Source of the DNA: Eledone cirrhosa
Lineage: Eukaryota
DNA length: 64,000 nucleotides
Assembly (NCBI GenBank): GCA_964016885.1
Contig: OZ024742.1
Location: 274,102,001-274,166,000 of the forward strand
Direction of reading: 5' to 3'
Below, in pieces: positions 36,325 through 49,475 of this stretch. The position numbers and the translations under genes were made by a program. The notes below the pieces were generated by a model, which had not been told where the DNA came from, searched no databases, and worked only from the letters and a program-made list of their open reading frames with translations. The number at the start of each line of letters is the position of its first letter. Positions within the stretch are counted from its first letter, which is position 1.

Positions 36325-37264
36325 ATCGGTTTCAACACACGATTTCAGATAAAGAATCTTGCTAAACAAATTCAGAAACGAAATATATATATATATTTAT
36401 ATATATATATAGAAAAGCTTCTACAAGACAAGAAGTCTAGTCCTGTAGAAGCTTTTCTATATTAAACATTTATACTCTGCTATGTATTGAGTACCTTACT
36501 TACTGTGCTTACCTCTGATTGAACCCGGATTAACTTATATATATATATAAATGTGTGTGTGCGTGTGTGCCTATTTGTGTGTGTGAAATTGTGCTTGTCC
36601 ATGTGTGTATACATATGTGTGGATGTGTATGAACATACAAGTTTAGAAATATCGAAGGCTAAAATAAATTTCCTAAATTTAGTGTTGAACAATGCTGGTT
36701 TCAGGATGAGAATAAAGATAATGATGATGATGAATGTTCTGATGATGATGATGACTTTCGTATCTATGAAGAGTACTTATCCATAGAGAAGAAGAATCCA
36801 ACTATTAGATACATTTTTATAAAAAAAATAATATAAACACTAAAAATAAATAAAAAACAATATGGATGTTAAAAACTGTAAATATAAAACATCTAATTCT
36901 TTATTCCGGATGCTATTCCGAGAAATATGAAACATATATGTATACAAAAGTAAATATATAAATAAACGAGAAGTAAAAGACGACGATACACTGCATTATG
37001 TAAACTTTAAACTAAATAAAGAATATTAGCTTTTATAAAGACGCATTTTTCTTTTTCCGAATATAGATTTTTATAAAATTAAATTCAAAGAAACCTTCAG
37101 TTAATACTAAGTTAATATTTGAGAGCGAATATCATCTTGCTGACGTCCACAGATGTAGAAACATATATAGGTACACTCATACTTAAAGACACTCAAGCAA
37201 AATCATGTTCATATAGAGAGGTTTACACAATCTATTACTATTTTGGTTTAATATGCAGAGTTAC

Positions 37265-37362
<98 letters not shown>

Positions 37363-37368
37363 TATAAA

Positions 37369-38259
37369 CTAGCATTAAAGCCCGGCGTTGCTCGGGGTCA
37401 CTAAGTTACCAAAGTTAGGTTGCACCACCCATTTTATGGCAGCACTTTTTTGTCTGTCAGGCACTGGGTGAATGAATTGCAGACCTGGAAGCATGAGCTG
37501 CGCCAGCAGTGACAATTGTAGTTTCGCCTATGGATATTATCTCTGTGCAAAAAAGTGTTGAAATTTATTGTTTCACAGTACTTGCGCAACACGCGCGTAG
37601 ACGATGCCAGCCGAACAACAGAGCTGCGATGGAGTTGTTCTGCATGGTTGTCTGTGTGTTTTCTAAATTTAAGACAGTAGGGAGGGTTGTGATATGAGGG
37701 AGAGTTAGCTGTTGTTTCTAGCAGGTTTAGTGACCTCATAGAGGATATGTGTTTTCTAAATTTAAGACAGTAGGGAGTGATGTGATATGGGGGAGAGTTA
37801 GCTGCTGTTGCTAGCAGGTTTAATGACTTCATAGAAGATATGTTTTCTAAATTTAAGACAGTAGGGAGGGGTGTGATATGGAGGAGAGTTAGCTGCTGTT
37901 TCTAGCAGGTTTAGTAACTTCATAGAGGATATGTGTTTTCTAAATTTAAGACAGTAGGGAGTGTTGTGAACGGACAGTATCACCATCAAGCTTGGAAAGA
38001 GAAAGTAGCAGAAAGTATGAAGTTGTATAGATTTTAAATGGTAGTAGAAAGAGTTCAGCAGTTTAAATGAGAGAGAAAAATCGTAAAATATTGAGTTTTA
38101 TCTATTTTTTGCGTAATTGTGGGTGAAATTGAAAAAATTATCTGCGTCAGGACGCAATCGAAGCTATTTCGAATACTGAATTGTAAATTTCAATTGAAGA
38201 AATTTTATATCGTAGATTTCTATAACGAAGGAGCATGACCACACACTGAGCTTTATAGA
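37369..38259 (-). mobile_element. Non-autonomous Helitron-like element
   Basis: Minus strand starts TCTATAAAG and ends CCCGAGCAACGCCGGG...CTAG|T, the same terminus type as 15475-15502. Confidence 0.65.
37655..37965. repeat. Tandem repeat of about 91 bp, about 3.3 copies, inside the Helitron
   Basis: Repeated TGTTTTCTAAATTTAAGACAGTAGGGAG...CTAGCAGGTTTA...CATAGAGGATAT. Confidence 0.9.
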
Positions 38260-38535
38260 TTATGATATACATATACGTACATATATATGTATATATACAT
38301 ATATGTATATATATGTGTGTGTGCACGTGCGCGCCTGTGCAACTTAGGTGCATAACTACAGCTACAGGTGGCACGTCGTTTAAAGCACTCAATGCTAACA
38401 ACTATAATGTCTCATATCGACGAGATGACGAACATTGTTGATTGTACCCTGAACCGATTGATATCGAAACAATTATAATATGCCTAGAAAGTTTGTATTT
38501 ATGCTGCAATACTAACTACCATTTTCCTCATCTCT

Positions 38536-38620
<85 letters not shown>

Positions 38621-38665
38621 ACAATGATATTAAATAAATGGCAACTATATTTATAAAACTATATT

Positions 38666-38726
38666 TATTCTATTATATATATTTCATGGGTACCAAAACT
38701 TCGGTACGCTTTTATCAGATAAAATA
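38666..38726 (-). ncRNA. Degenerate hammerhead (G8 changed to A) downstream of a PLE RT
   Basis: TATTTTAT-CTGATAA-...GTACCGAAGTTTTGGTAC...-GAAA-TATATA-TA-ATAGAATA. Same family as 17799 and 8583. Confidence 0.55.
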
Positions 38727-39053
38727 CAAAGTTTGTTTTATGAATTTTGACATAACCAAGGAAAAATACCTTAACGGTTCAAGTTTTCCTTGAATAGTGA
38801 AGGGATAGGAGAGGAAAAGTCAGATATTTCAAATTATTAAGATGAGTATGCAAATGAGGTTCAGGTATAGGGCTGAACAAAAAAGCGTTATTTTAGGCAC
38901 TATGCAGAATTTAAATAATTAGGATATACGTAGGAAGAAGAAAAAAGAAAGAAGAGCGTGTATTTCCGTTAATTTAAAAGGAATAAACATTTTGGGGAAA
39001 ATGGTGGAATATGATTCCAGAATTTAAATTTTATTTAGCTATATTATTCTACT

Positions 39054-40426
39054 CTATACTTCATATAATCTAATCCTGCTGCAGTATTCTGCTCTATGTA
39101 AAGCTTCATTGTAATATTCTGCCTTATCATCAAACATATTTTTATTAGCAGAGATGCGTGAAATCCGTTGTTGGACGCTATTAAGAATAGTATTTTTAAT
39201 ACTTCTAGGATGATTAGAATTGAAACTTACGTAATTTAGATTTTCGTTAATTTTATGGAAAGGATAGTAAAGACGTGTGCTAAGGTTTAAGGTTACAACT
39301 AAGAAGTTAACGATTTTGTAGTTATTCTCTATTTCTAACTTATTGCTATGGTTTTCAATTAAAAGTAACATATCGTCACGATATAAACCTCCGGTCACCT
39401 CTGGCATTTTCCTATGCGGTACATTATTAATAAATAATCCAACGAGGTCTGTTACTTGCGCCGAGTCAGATGATCCCATAGTGATATCAAAATTGTTTTT
39501 ATCTGTCGGCTCTTATCCAGAGATGATTATTAAATTCTATTAGCTTTTTACGTGCTGTTAGAATTATATTCATTTCATCACTAGGTAAGTCATAGTATTT
39601 TAGACGTTTAGATAAGTGCCTTATTAAGTAACCTAGGAGTAATAGAGGAGTAGTAATTTTGCAATATCCATATGAATGAATTTTTTGTTATGTTTTAACT
39701 TTATGTTATTGTACCAATCTATGACTTCATTAATACCGTTCCATAGTTTAAGGTGTTATTTTCTTTAAGTAGTGGTAAAATTCTATCTAATATATGCTTG
39801 CTAATTATGCCTAAGTCCGCTTTAGATGGTGCGATGAGTCTGACTGGTAGGTCAATTTCAAAGTTTCTTTTGTGGTGCTTCAGTTTAATCATCGGTTTTC
39901 TAGGTATAAAGGGTTCAGTCCTATTTTGGATGCCTAATTCATAAATAATTTGATTTAAATATCATCATTTGATGTTATTTTGTAGTTTTTCCTGAGATCT
40001 TTCAATATAAGGTGTTATATTCGTCCTTTCCCTTTCCATATAAATTATTTCTTTTGTCAGATTTTACCAGGATCCTCTTTGTTTTTTCTAGATTGTATAT
40101 TTTATTGTTGAGGCCTTTCAGGTACTCCTGGCCTATAATTTTTTTAAAAATTTAATGCTTTGTATAATAGATATTACTTCATTTTCAAATTCGGCTAGTA
40201 CTTTGTTGCTAGGTGGATTCTTCTTAGATTTGAAGATAAGATCGAAGTTGCAACTGGATTTATTTATTTTGTCCTCCGATTTTCTATCAAAATGGAAAGC
40301 ATGCCATCTAAGTCTTCGTATAAAGGAGTCAGATTTCTCAATGAGTTGTTTTAGATATTCCTTATTTTTAGGTAAGTGTACATCTTTTAGAGAAGAATAA
40401 ATCCTAAAGAATCCATTATTTTGCAA
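39054..40426 (-). pseudogene. Hydra-type Penelope-like RT, N-terminal part, disrupted
   Basis: YSSLKDVHLP...[43 protein letters not shown]. Confidence 0.85.
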
Positions 40427-40567
40427 TAAGTTATAATTTAAAGAGCTCGACGTTAAAGGATCTATTTATAAGCAAAAGGGATATTCAATTTGTTGGTAAG
40501 TCAACAAATGTAAATGATGATAACTGATTCAGAGCACTCGACAGGATTTTCTCGCGAACTCGCTACC

Positions 40568-40626
<59 letters not shown>

Positions 40627-40641
40627 ACACACATATATATA

Positions 40642-40708
<67 letters not shown>

Positions 40709-41697
40709 TTATCCATATATATATATATATATATAAGTAATCAAGATGAAATCGAAAATGAAACTGGAGTCTTTTTTTTTATATATTTATTTGGTTCCTT
40801 TACCTGTTTCGCATTTCTTTTGCATTTCAAAAGTAGAATTGAAATGGAGGGTTTGTGGTTTTTCTCACATCTGGTTGGTGTTTGAATGTTACTTCTGTTT
40901 TTTATGGAAAAACGTGGCTCGAAATGCTAGGTTTTTAGAGAAGTAATTTGGTTGGCTGATGACTGTCATGTGAATAAGTATAATAAATTTAGCACCAGTT
41001 CGCGTTACAAAGTTCTTATTATATTTGCCTTCAAAAAAGGGGGGCTCACATTGTTTTTTTTCATATATGAGTGAAGTTTGGTTAGTAGATACAGTCACGT
41101 TAATAAGAACATTAAATTTCGCGCCAGTTTGCTTTTGAATTTCTTTTGTAGTCTTTTAGAGAATTTTGTGCCAAACAAAAGATAATGGTCAAGAAATACG
41201 TGATGGGGAAAATTGTTCTGGTTCAGTAAATATGGCTGGTGTGCTGGGGTGTCAAAATTCAGACTTTCTATTGAAATAATGAAAGTAGAGATATGTATGT
41301 TTATTTGTGTGCTGGTTTGTGTGTGTGTGTGTAGGAAGATGATTCTATTAGTAGAAATGTGGGAGGGAGTTGTGTGTATGTGTATGGGTGTTATATGTGT
41401 GTGTATGGGTGTGTTGGAGTATGGTTAACATGTTAAGATGGAGAGAATATATATATATTTTTTGCGTGAGTGGTGTGTGTAGAAAAATGATTCCATTAGT
41501 AGGAATGGGGGAGGGAGTTATGTGTGTGTGTAGGTGTGGTTAGCATGTTAATGTGTTAGACTATTAACTATAATTAAGGTTTATTTAACTCCGGTTTTTA
41601 TTTTCGAAAATAGAAGGTGCTATGTGTGTGCGTATATATGTGTCTCTTTGGATGGTTAGCATGTTATGGTGTTGACATAATGTATATTAAATTATAT

Positions 41698-42700
41698 TTA
41701 ATGCTGGTCCATATTTTTGAATAAATTTTCCTTATTTATTCGTATTTGTTCAGTTGTATTGTCAGCGCAAAGATGAAATGGGAAAACTTGGAATTTAGGC
41801 GTCTTATTACTTGCGCATATGTCTAGATGTGCACTGAGAGGTATGGTAGGGTATCGTAATTGTTGGCGATGAATTGTCATTCTGTTTCTGGGTGTGAGTT
41901 TAGTTTGTCCTATATAATCTTCATTGCATCCTTTACATTTAATGGCATAAAATAGATTTTTTGATGAGCAAGTGAAGTGATATTTTACAGCAAAATGTTG
42001 TCCTGATTGAAATGTATACGTGTTGCCTTCAATTAGGTGAGTGCAAGTTCCCCAATTAGAGCAACCACATTTTTTGACAGTTGGTTGTGGGTTCGTGGTA
42101 GGTCATTTAGCATTGGTGAGTAATGTTTTTAGTGATTTCAGTTGTCTTTTGCTTTTGAATATGTTGTATGTTTCAAAGGCATTTTTTTAATTCTTGGGTC
42201 TTCTTTCAATAGTGGGATGTTCTTGTGAATAATGCTGTAAGCTTCCGAATTTCTTGGGTTGTGTGTTGAGATATATGATAGAATATTGGACGTACGTTAA
42301 ATTTCTTCCTGTTTTCGTAATTCGTCAATGCCTATTACTTTAGCCCTTTCTATTCCATTATTTATTAGTAATGGCGGGTAGTGTATTTCGAGTAAAATTT
42401 CCTTTTATTCTTGAAGTCTTTTATTTCGCGTTTCATAATTGGAGACAATTGTGCAAATTCTTCTTGCTAGGTTAAAAGGGATTTTCGTGTTCGTGTGCTT
42501 TTGATGGTTGGAGGCGAATAGCAGGTATTGTTTGGAATCTGTTGGTTTCTAGTGTATGTCAGTTTCAATATTTGTGTCTTTGTTTATGATTAAGATGTCC
42601 AGAAATAGGAATTGATCTTGGCTGTATTCTATCGTGAATTCGATGTGGTTATTAATGACGTTAATTAAATTTTTGAAATTATTTATTTGGTGTGAGTGTG
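41698..42700 (-). pseudogene. Neptune-like PLE 3' part (RT thumb, Cys linker, GIY-YIG), disrupted
   Basis: Manual translation: FLDILI, KPTDSKQYLLFASNH, IPFNLARRICTIVS, KCGCSNWGTCTH, FTCSSKNLFYAIKCKGCNEDYIGQT..RMTIHRQQ. Confidence 0.8.
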
Positions 42701-42788
42701 TGAGATCAAAATACGGATTGAATCAGAATAAGGATTGAACTTCCACAAATATTTATCAGAGAATTGGAAAAGCTTCTTGGATGATTAT

Positions 42789-43439
42789 CTCAGATATTCA
42801 GGACGTATCGAAGGGTTCTTGCTGTCCCAACAAGCATGCCTTTTGAAGTGTTTCAAAATGTGGGGCTGGACTAATCTTCTTTAACCATACTTGAAAACTC
42901 TTTGAGATAGTACCTAGTGCGCCTATGGCAATCGGGGCGACCGTGATTTCATGGCAGTTCCAAATCCTTTTTAACTCCCACTTTAAATCCTGGTATCGGT
43001 TAATTTTCTGCCTCTCCTTTTCTTGCATTCTCGTGTCAAATGGGCAGGCTACATCTACAATCAGGCACGATCTTGTTTTCCTTGTCCAAAACCAGGCCTA
43101 TTGTGTTCTAATTTCTTGTCCGTCTGTATCCTAAAATCCCATAGCACCTTCACCTGATCGTTTTCTATCACCGTCTCTGGCTTATGCTCATACCACTTCT
43201 CAGAATGTGATAAATTGTTTACTTTGCATAGGTGCCAGTGGATCACCCTGCCTATCACATCATGTCTCCAGCCTTTATAGTGAGTCTGGGCTAGGTGTTT
43301 ACATTCGGATACAATGTGATCCACAGTCTCCCCTCTCTCTCCACAGATCCTACACAGTGGGCTAGCCTCCTCCTTATAAATATGGTTTTTCACCCACTTC
43401 GTTCTGAGGGCTTGATCTTGTGCAGCCATTAACATTCCT
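42789..43439 (-). mobile_element. R4/Dong-like family A fragment (knuckle plus RLE), 3' UTR lost
   Basis: ORFs 43061-43435 and 42798-43028 are closely similar to 810-1496. The 5' junction lies in (TTA)n. Confidence 0.9.
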
Positions 43440-43454
43440 ATTATTATTATTATT

Positions 43455-46400
43455 ATTGGTTGACGGAGGCTCGTTTCTGTAAGGTATTGTCATTTTAACC
43501 GTTATAACGATTGTAAATTTTTTAAAACTTGAACCATATTGTAGATAAAGACACCCTCCTCCTCGTAGGAGGGGGTTTACTGCCCGTTATTTGGCCCTTC
43601 GAGGTTAAATAACCAGTTATTGGGGAGTTGTGCCCAATATTCATTTTAAACCGTAAAAAAACATGGCTACAAAAAATAATTTTCACAAGTCACTCCCACT
43701 CCTTCCGTCTTCTTCTTCCCCAATCGTAATTACGTCAGAGAAAAGATTGTTTCTCTGCCTCTCTTCTCTAAATGTAGTGTCGCCTCTGTCGCCTCTTTAG
43801 CAAACGACGCCATTAAAGAAAAGGATAAATGTAGTTTCTCGTAGCGTTCTTCATCAAGAGAATGCGCGTGCCGTGGAACATTTCTCCACGACGACGACGA
43901 AGAAAGTTGTGTGGGGTAAATACGGAAATCCATTTCAGTCGTCTGACGTCATAAAGAATAGCAGCAGCAATAGTGGCGAGAAGAATACTAATGGCAGCCG
44001 CAACAACATCAGCAGCTGCATAAACAACAACAGCAGCAGCAGCAACAGCAGCAACATCAACAACAACAACAACAGCAACAACAACAACGGCAGCAGCGAC
44101 AGCGGCGGCGGCGTTCGTCGTACCAGCAGCAACAACAAAAGTATCAGCAGCTCTGACGACAAAACAAGAAAGAAAAACCAATCTCATTTGCAGGTATCGC
44201 AAAGAACCTGAAACCATGCTTATAACAAATGAAGAATTACAGGAAGCAAGGAAGATGGTGACGAAAACCGGACACCGAGAAATCTGCAAGGCAGCCGAAA
44301 ATGTTTAAAAACCCAACAGCGCTGTACGGTCACGTACCGTACAGTAAGCACAAAATCCCGTAGGGTTGAAAGAGCCACAGAGGCTCAAATACAAAAAGCC
44401 TTAGCATCTGTGTGGCAGCGGAAAACGCATATCACCCGAGGCAAGAAATATGCGACCGTGGACGTGCTTTTTGCCACACCCCAGGAGGCAAAGGCTCCAT
44501 CCTTAGTGACCCTAAGGAGCGAGGACATGGTGTTGGTGCCCTCCTACTACGGGCAAAAAATTGTGAGGGTCAAAGTGACTCAAGTCTCACCCAGGATGGC
44601 TTCTTCTTGGCTGGCCGCGTCTGTCCTCATCGGAATCGAGGACAAAACAACCGTACTGAAAGTACAGAAAAAATTACGAGAAGATTGGGTCGGCGCCTCC
44701 ATTGAGATGTTAATTCAAACCGACCAGGAGTGTATCGAAGCTATCTCGGATGGGATACACTTCGATAACGGCACTCAACTTCCCATAAGTAGTAGAGGGC
44801 CAACACCCGAAATGCTTTCGCTGTGGGTTGAAGACTCACCTCAGGACCTTCTTCAATGAGAAGACCCTGAGAAAGGAGAAAAACCCTCCTTCCGAAACCG
44901 GCTCCACTGCTACCAGCAACAGGACAGGCGGCAAGCAGGAAGGATAGGTCTGTGGCACCCATAACCACGCCACGGAAATCAAGAACAGCAGCAGCAGTGG
45001 AAGTATTAACAACAACAACTGTAATACAAACTTCAGCTGCAACAGAGACCCACTGCAACCATCACCAACAAGAACAAGTTAAACAGTGGAGTTGGTACCC
45101 CTCTCTGACCTCATAGAATCAGACATGGAGTGTGAGGTGGGAGAGCGATGGCAAAACGTCACAAGAAGGCACAAGCCCAGAAGCAGCGCAACGTCGCCTT
45201 TGAAAAGGGAGGGAAGAAATGAAAAAAGGGGGAAGGCTACTGCAAAGAGACTTAAGGCAACAACCCCACCAACACCAACACCACCCATACTAGCACTACC
45301 ATCACCACAGTCAGCAATCCCACCGCCAACAACAACAACAGCTTCAACAACACCACTACAAGCACCAATATCGTAAACACAACAAAAAACACACACAACC
45401 AGCAACAACGACAAGAAAATAGCAAAACCACACCCCACCTCCAAAAAAAGAATTGCACAGCAATAAATACACACAAGAAACTAATGACTTACATAATTGA
45501 ACACATACATTTCACAGCACCGCTACATAATACCAGCACCAATCAAAACACCAAGGAACATAAGACTGGTAAGAATATCACAGAAACAATACACTAACAC
45601 CAAAATGAAATTCCCCAACGTAGTTGGTGATTTCCGAAACCTAGGAGGGAAATTCAATCGGAGGGTATACTCGGATATACTCACAGAAGAGCCGACGATC
45701 AGCTGAAGGGACGGTTCAACGGTCTCTTCACCAGATGATCAAGGTAAGTGATCATTTCTCACTTGCCCCGTTCCTCACCCAACATGGCCGTATTCAGGAT
45801 CGGAAGTGTAAGCGTGCGTGGCTTGAGCTCGGTTTGGAAGCTGGGTCAATTGCTTAATGACTTGAGGTCACTAAACATAGATGTGGTGGCCATCGGCGTG
45901 ACGAGAATCTCCGAAACGCAAGGTTTCGCAGCGATCTTTGACGGTTACGAGTGTACGCATCTCCGAGCCGTCCGGGAGTGTGGGGCGGAGTGGCCGTGTA
46001 GTTTCGGAAAGGCTTCGGCTTCCCCATACGGACCATCTTCCTGGACCCAGAAGGTAAGTCGGTGGTGCTGGACGTGAACGGCACCGAAGGCAACACTTTC
46101 AGGCTAGTATTCGTCTATTCTCCGACAGGGACAGGACTGACAGATTTCTTCAGACGTCTAGAGACCTTTCTGGGAACGTCCCGCTTTTTAGTGTTAGTGG
46201 ACGAGTGTAACGGTATCTGTGGATCCAGGCTCGGGTTGTGTGAGGATAGTGGATAGATGAGGAGGGTGCAAGAGCCCCACCAACCTGCTCAGACGTTTTG
46301 AACTGTCTGACAGGTATCGACTGGATCACCCGAATGCGCTAATGTGGGCATGGACAAACCGCATCGGTTCATCCAGATCGTATCTAGATAGGGTATTCTT

Positions 46401-49400
46401 CAGGGAACTAGATAAGGCTAGTATAAGTTGTCCACAATTTAAAATAGTCGATTACACAGACCACACATGTGTGATCTGTGATATCGAGATAGACAGACTT
46501 CATAGTCAAGGACCGGGTTACTAGAAGCTAAACGCGTCTTTCCCGGCACGCAAAGCCTAAAGAGACTGGATTAGCGTATTAGTTAAGCGGGCGTTGACGG
46601 GAGCGGACGTCAACAACGGGTGGTGGTTTGCCTAGAAAAGGGCAATTAAAGTAGAGTCGATTAGGGTTAGCAAAGGAGTAGCGATAGAGGAAAATAGAGT
46701 AGAGGGAAAGCTAGTCAGAAAACTAGAAGAGGCGTTTAGGACAGGCATCGCAACCGACGTGGTTGCGGCGAGATTGGCACTCGACCAATTCTTCAATGCA
46801 AAACACGAAGGCTGCGTAGAGCTAGAGCGCGTGCTCTGAAACACGTGGCAACAAAGAACAAAGCCATAATTCGGTCTTTGGCTGACCAAAACGGCTGTGT
46901 GTTGCTCGAACCCGAGCAGATATTTGAGGCTTTTCAGCAGCATTTTGCTGAACTGTTCGGGAGCGTCGGCGTGCCGGATCGCGGTATGGACTTCAGTACA
47001 TATCTCGACGGACCGCCTCGGCTCTCGACAACCGCAGCACAGTGTTGCGAAAAGCCAATAACAGCTGGTGAAATACGGGAAGCGATGGCTAACTGCACGA
47101 GAGGTAAATCGCCAGGTTTGGATGGTCTTCCCTACGAGCTTTATGCATTTATGCCAGGCTTGTTCGATGACTTCTTGGCAGACATCTACTACAACTGACA
47201 GCAGAACGGGAGGATTCCCAGTTTTGTGAGCCGGGGAGCGGTGGAGCTGCTGAGAAAAGACCCGAACAACGGGGATGTTATCGATAACTTCAGGCCCATA
47301 ACCATGCTAAACGTAGAGTTCAAGATTTTGGCCAACTTGTTAGCAACGAGGTTGCGCTTGTCGACGAGCGTTTGGTTAGAGAGACGCAGACATGCGCCAT
47401 TCTGGATGGATCCATACACGACAATCTCCATCTCATGCGATACGTCGTAGAGAGGGTGGTTAAGGAACCTGTCATGGTTGGGGCCCTGATCAGCTTGGAT
47501 CAATCCAAAGCATTCGATAGGGTCGACCATAGGTGCCTGGCGGCGGTTCACAATTCAGCCGGTTTCGTGCCCGTTTTCAGGGGTGGGATCGCTGCGATGT
47601 ACAGCGACATCTGCTCAGTTGTGAGGGTGGATGGTCACCTGTCGCAGCCGTTCAGCAGCATGCGCTTGGTCCGCCAGGGTTGTCCCCTCTCATCCCTCTT
47701 GCACGTATTGGTTCTCGAGCCGTTACTACACAAATTGGGGGCGCTGAGGGGCGTCCCACGCGAACTAGAATGCGGGAGATCCAAGTTGGCTTACGCCGAC
47801 GACATCACCGTTGTGGTGTCGAGCACCAGACACGTCCAGATGCTCGGCAATACTCGCAAGGAATACGAAGCGGTGACAGGAGCAAAGATAAACCAGGAAC
47901 AGTCGGTGGGCTTGCAGTTCGGCACCTGGAGAGGCAGGTCCATGCCGTCCGACAGCGGCGTGGGTCGTTGGACGGACGGGCCGGTTAAATTGCTCGGGGT
48001 CTTGTTCAGACCGGACTTCCAGATGGAGAAAAACTGGAGCGAGGCGACGAGCAAGGTGGCCTCCCTCACCCAGAAATGGGCCGAGAGAAGGCTGTTCCTG
48101 AAAGGCCGGGCGGAGGTGGCGAATTCGTACATCGCATCCGTCATCTGCTACCGCCGCACCACCCTCACCAAAATGGAGAGCTTCCTCTTCAGCTTTTTGT
48201 GGAAGGGACGTGCTCCCATGTTCAGACGATCCATTTGCTGTCAACACCCGTTGCGTGGAGGACTGGTCATGCCATGGCTGATGATGCGAAAACATGCGCT
48301 GAGGCTGCGACATCTCTGGTGCTTCCTTGACGGTGAACAGGTGTGGTCGCCGTTCGCCAGGCACGTTTTCCCACAGCTCTCCTCCTTAACGGAGCTGCAG
48401 TCCTGGGTCAGGAAAAGACCGAGAGATAGCGCTTGGAAACTGGAATGTCTCCAAGCGCTCAGCGCCCTCTGCCAGCTGGGTACCAGTATTGCTGGAACAT
48501 CCACGTCGCCGTTCTATAGAGGACAAGTGGATATGAAGAGCGATGACGTTCTAGGAGAGATCCTGGGCGTCGGAGAAGAACAGCTGTTTGCACTCTTCAG
48601 GAGAACTTTCAGCCCAGGACATATGGATAACTTCCAGAAAACCCTGGCCTGGCAGTGCTACCGGGGAGCGTTGCAGGTTCAAGATAAGCTCTACAGGCAC
48701 GGAAGTGCCGTCAGCCGAGCCTGTCCGGGATGCGTGCAGAGCGACGAAACCGTCGTGCAGGCAATCGTTCAGTGCCATAGCATTGTTGACTTGTGGGGCT
48801 AACAGTTGCTGTCGCGGGTAGGACCGATCCGATTATCGACTGAGTCCATTGTGCAGATGGTCTCACCGTTTTCCTTCGAAGAGGAAGGGCAGGCAGTTTT
48901 CATCTGACTGATGGTCATGGAGAAAGAGATTGTATTGTGGTCAAGGTTGAAAGGGTTAATGACAGACACTTTACTCTTCGGCGAATCCCTGATTAACTTT
49001 TTCAAGTTTCACTTGAAGAGGAAAATCAGGTTGGAGAGGCAAGTGCTGTCATCTAGCAAGTTTGTTGAAAAGTGGGTGAATGTAGCGAGAATGGTTATAG
49101 TGAACGGAACCGCTCTGAACATACGTTTGTAGTTTGAGGAATGGAGAAATTGAGAGAGGGCGCTTGCCCTGGTGGTCAGGGTGGCCGTGATCTTTTGTGT
49201 CGTTTTCGCCACGAGTAATCCTCGTAGGTCCCCTCCACCCCTAGTGAGGAATTTCTCATTGTTTGAAATTTCATTTTTATAGTTTATATATGTGTTTCTA
49301 TGTCTTTTTTTTTCTTTTTCGTTTCTGATATAAATAATAAAAATCTTTACACGCACAAACCCCATTTCCTACCGTGCTGTACCATCCTGTACCGTAATAT

Positions 49401-49436
49401 TTTTCTTAATGTCAGCCCTTGTGGACAATAAAGAAA
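43455..49436 (+). mobile_element. Full-length but decayed Tx1-like element (copy 2), in (TTA)n
   Basis: ORF1 remnants at 43660-45706. ORF2 starts at ATG 45784 (MAVFRIGSVSVRGL) with RT motifs in 46845-48802. Ends CCCTTGTGGACAATAAAGAAA. Confidence 0.9.
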
Positions 49437-49475
49437 TCATTATCATTATTATTATAATAATTATTATTATTATAA

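Noticed and set aside
37655-37965. Regular repeats superficially like a CRISPR array
   Set aside because: Whole 91-bp units repeat with no unique spacers, there are no cas genes, and the context is eukaryotic.
40798-40834. TTGAAAT-GCA...TGC-GAAA-CAGG-TA hammerhead-like variant downstream of the Neptune-like PLE
   Set aside because: The core deviates at several positions and the stems are only 3 bp. Too weak to call.
43813-44289. Poly-A/V, poly-N/S and poly-L ORFs
   Set aside because: Alternative frames of a (CAG/CAA)n tract within decayed Tx1 ORF1.
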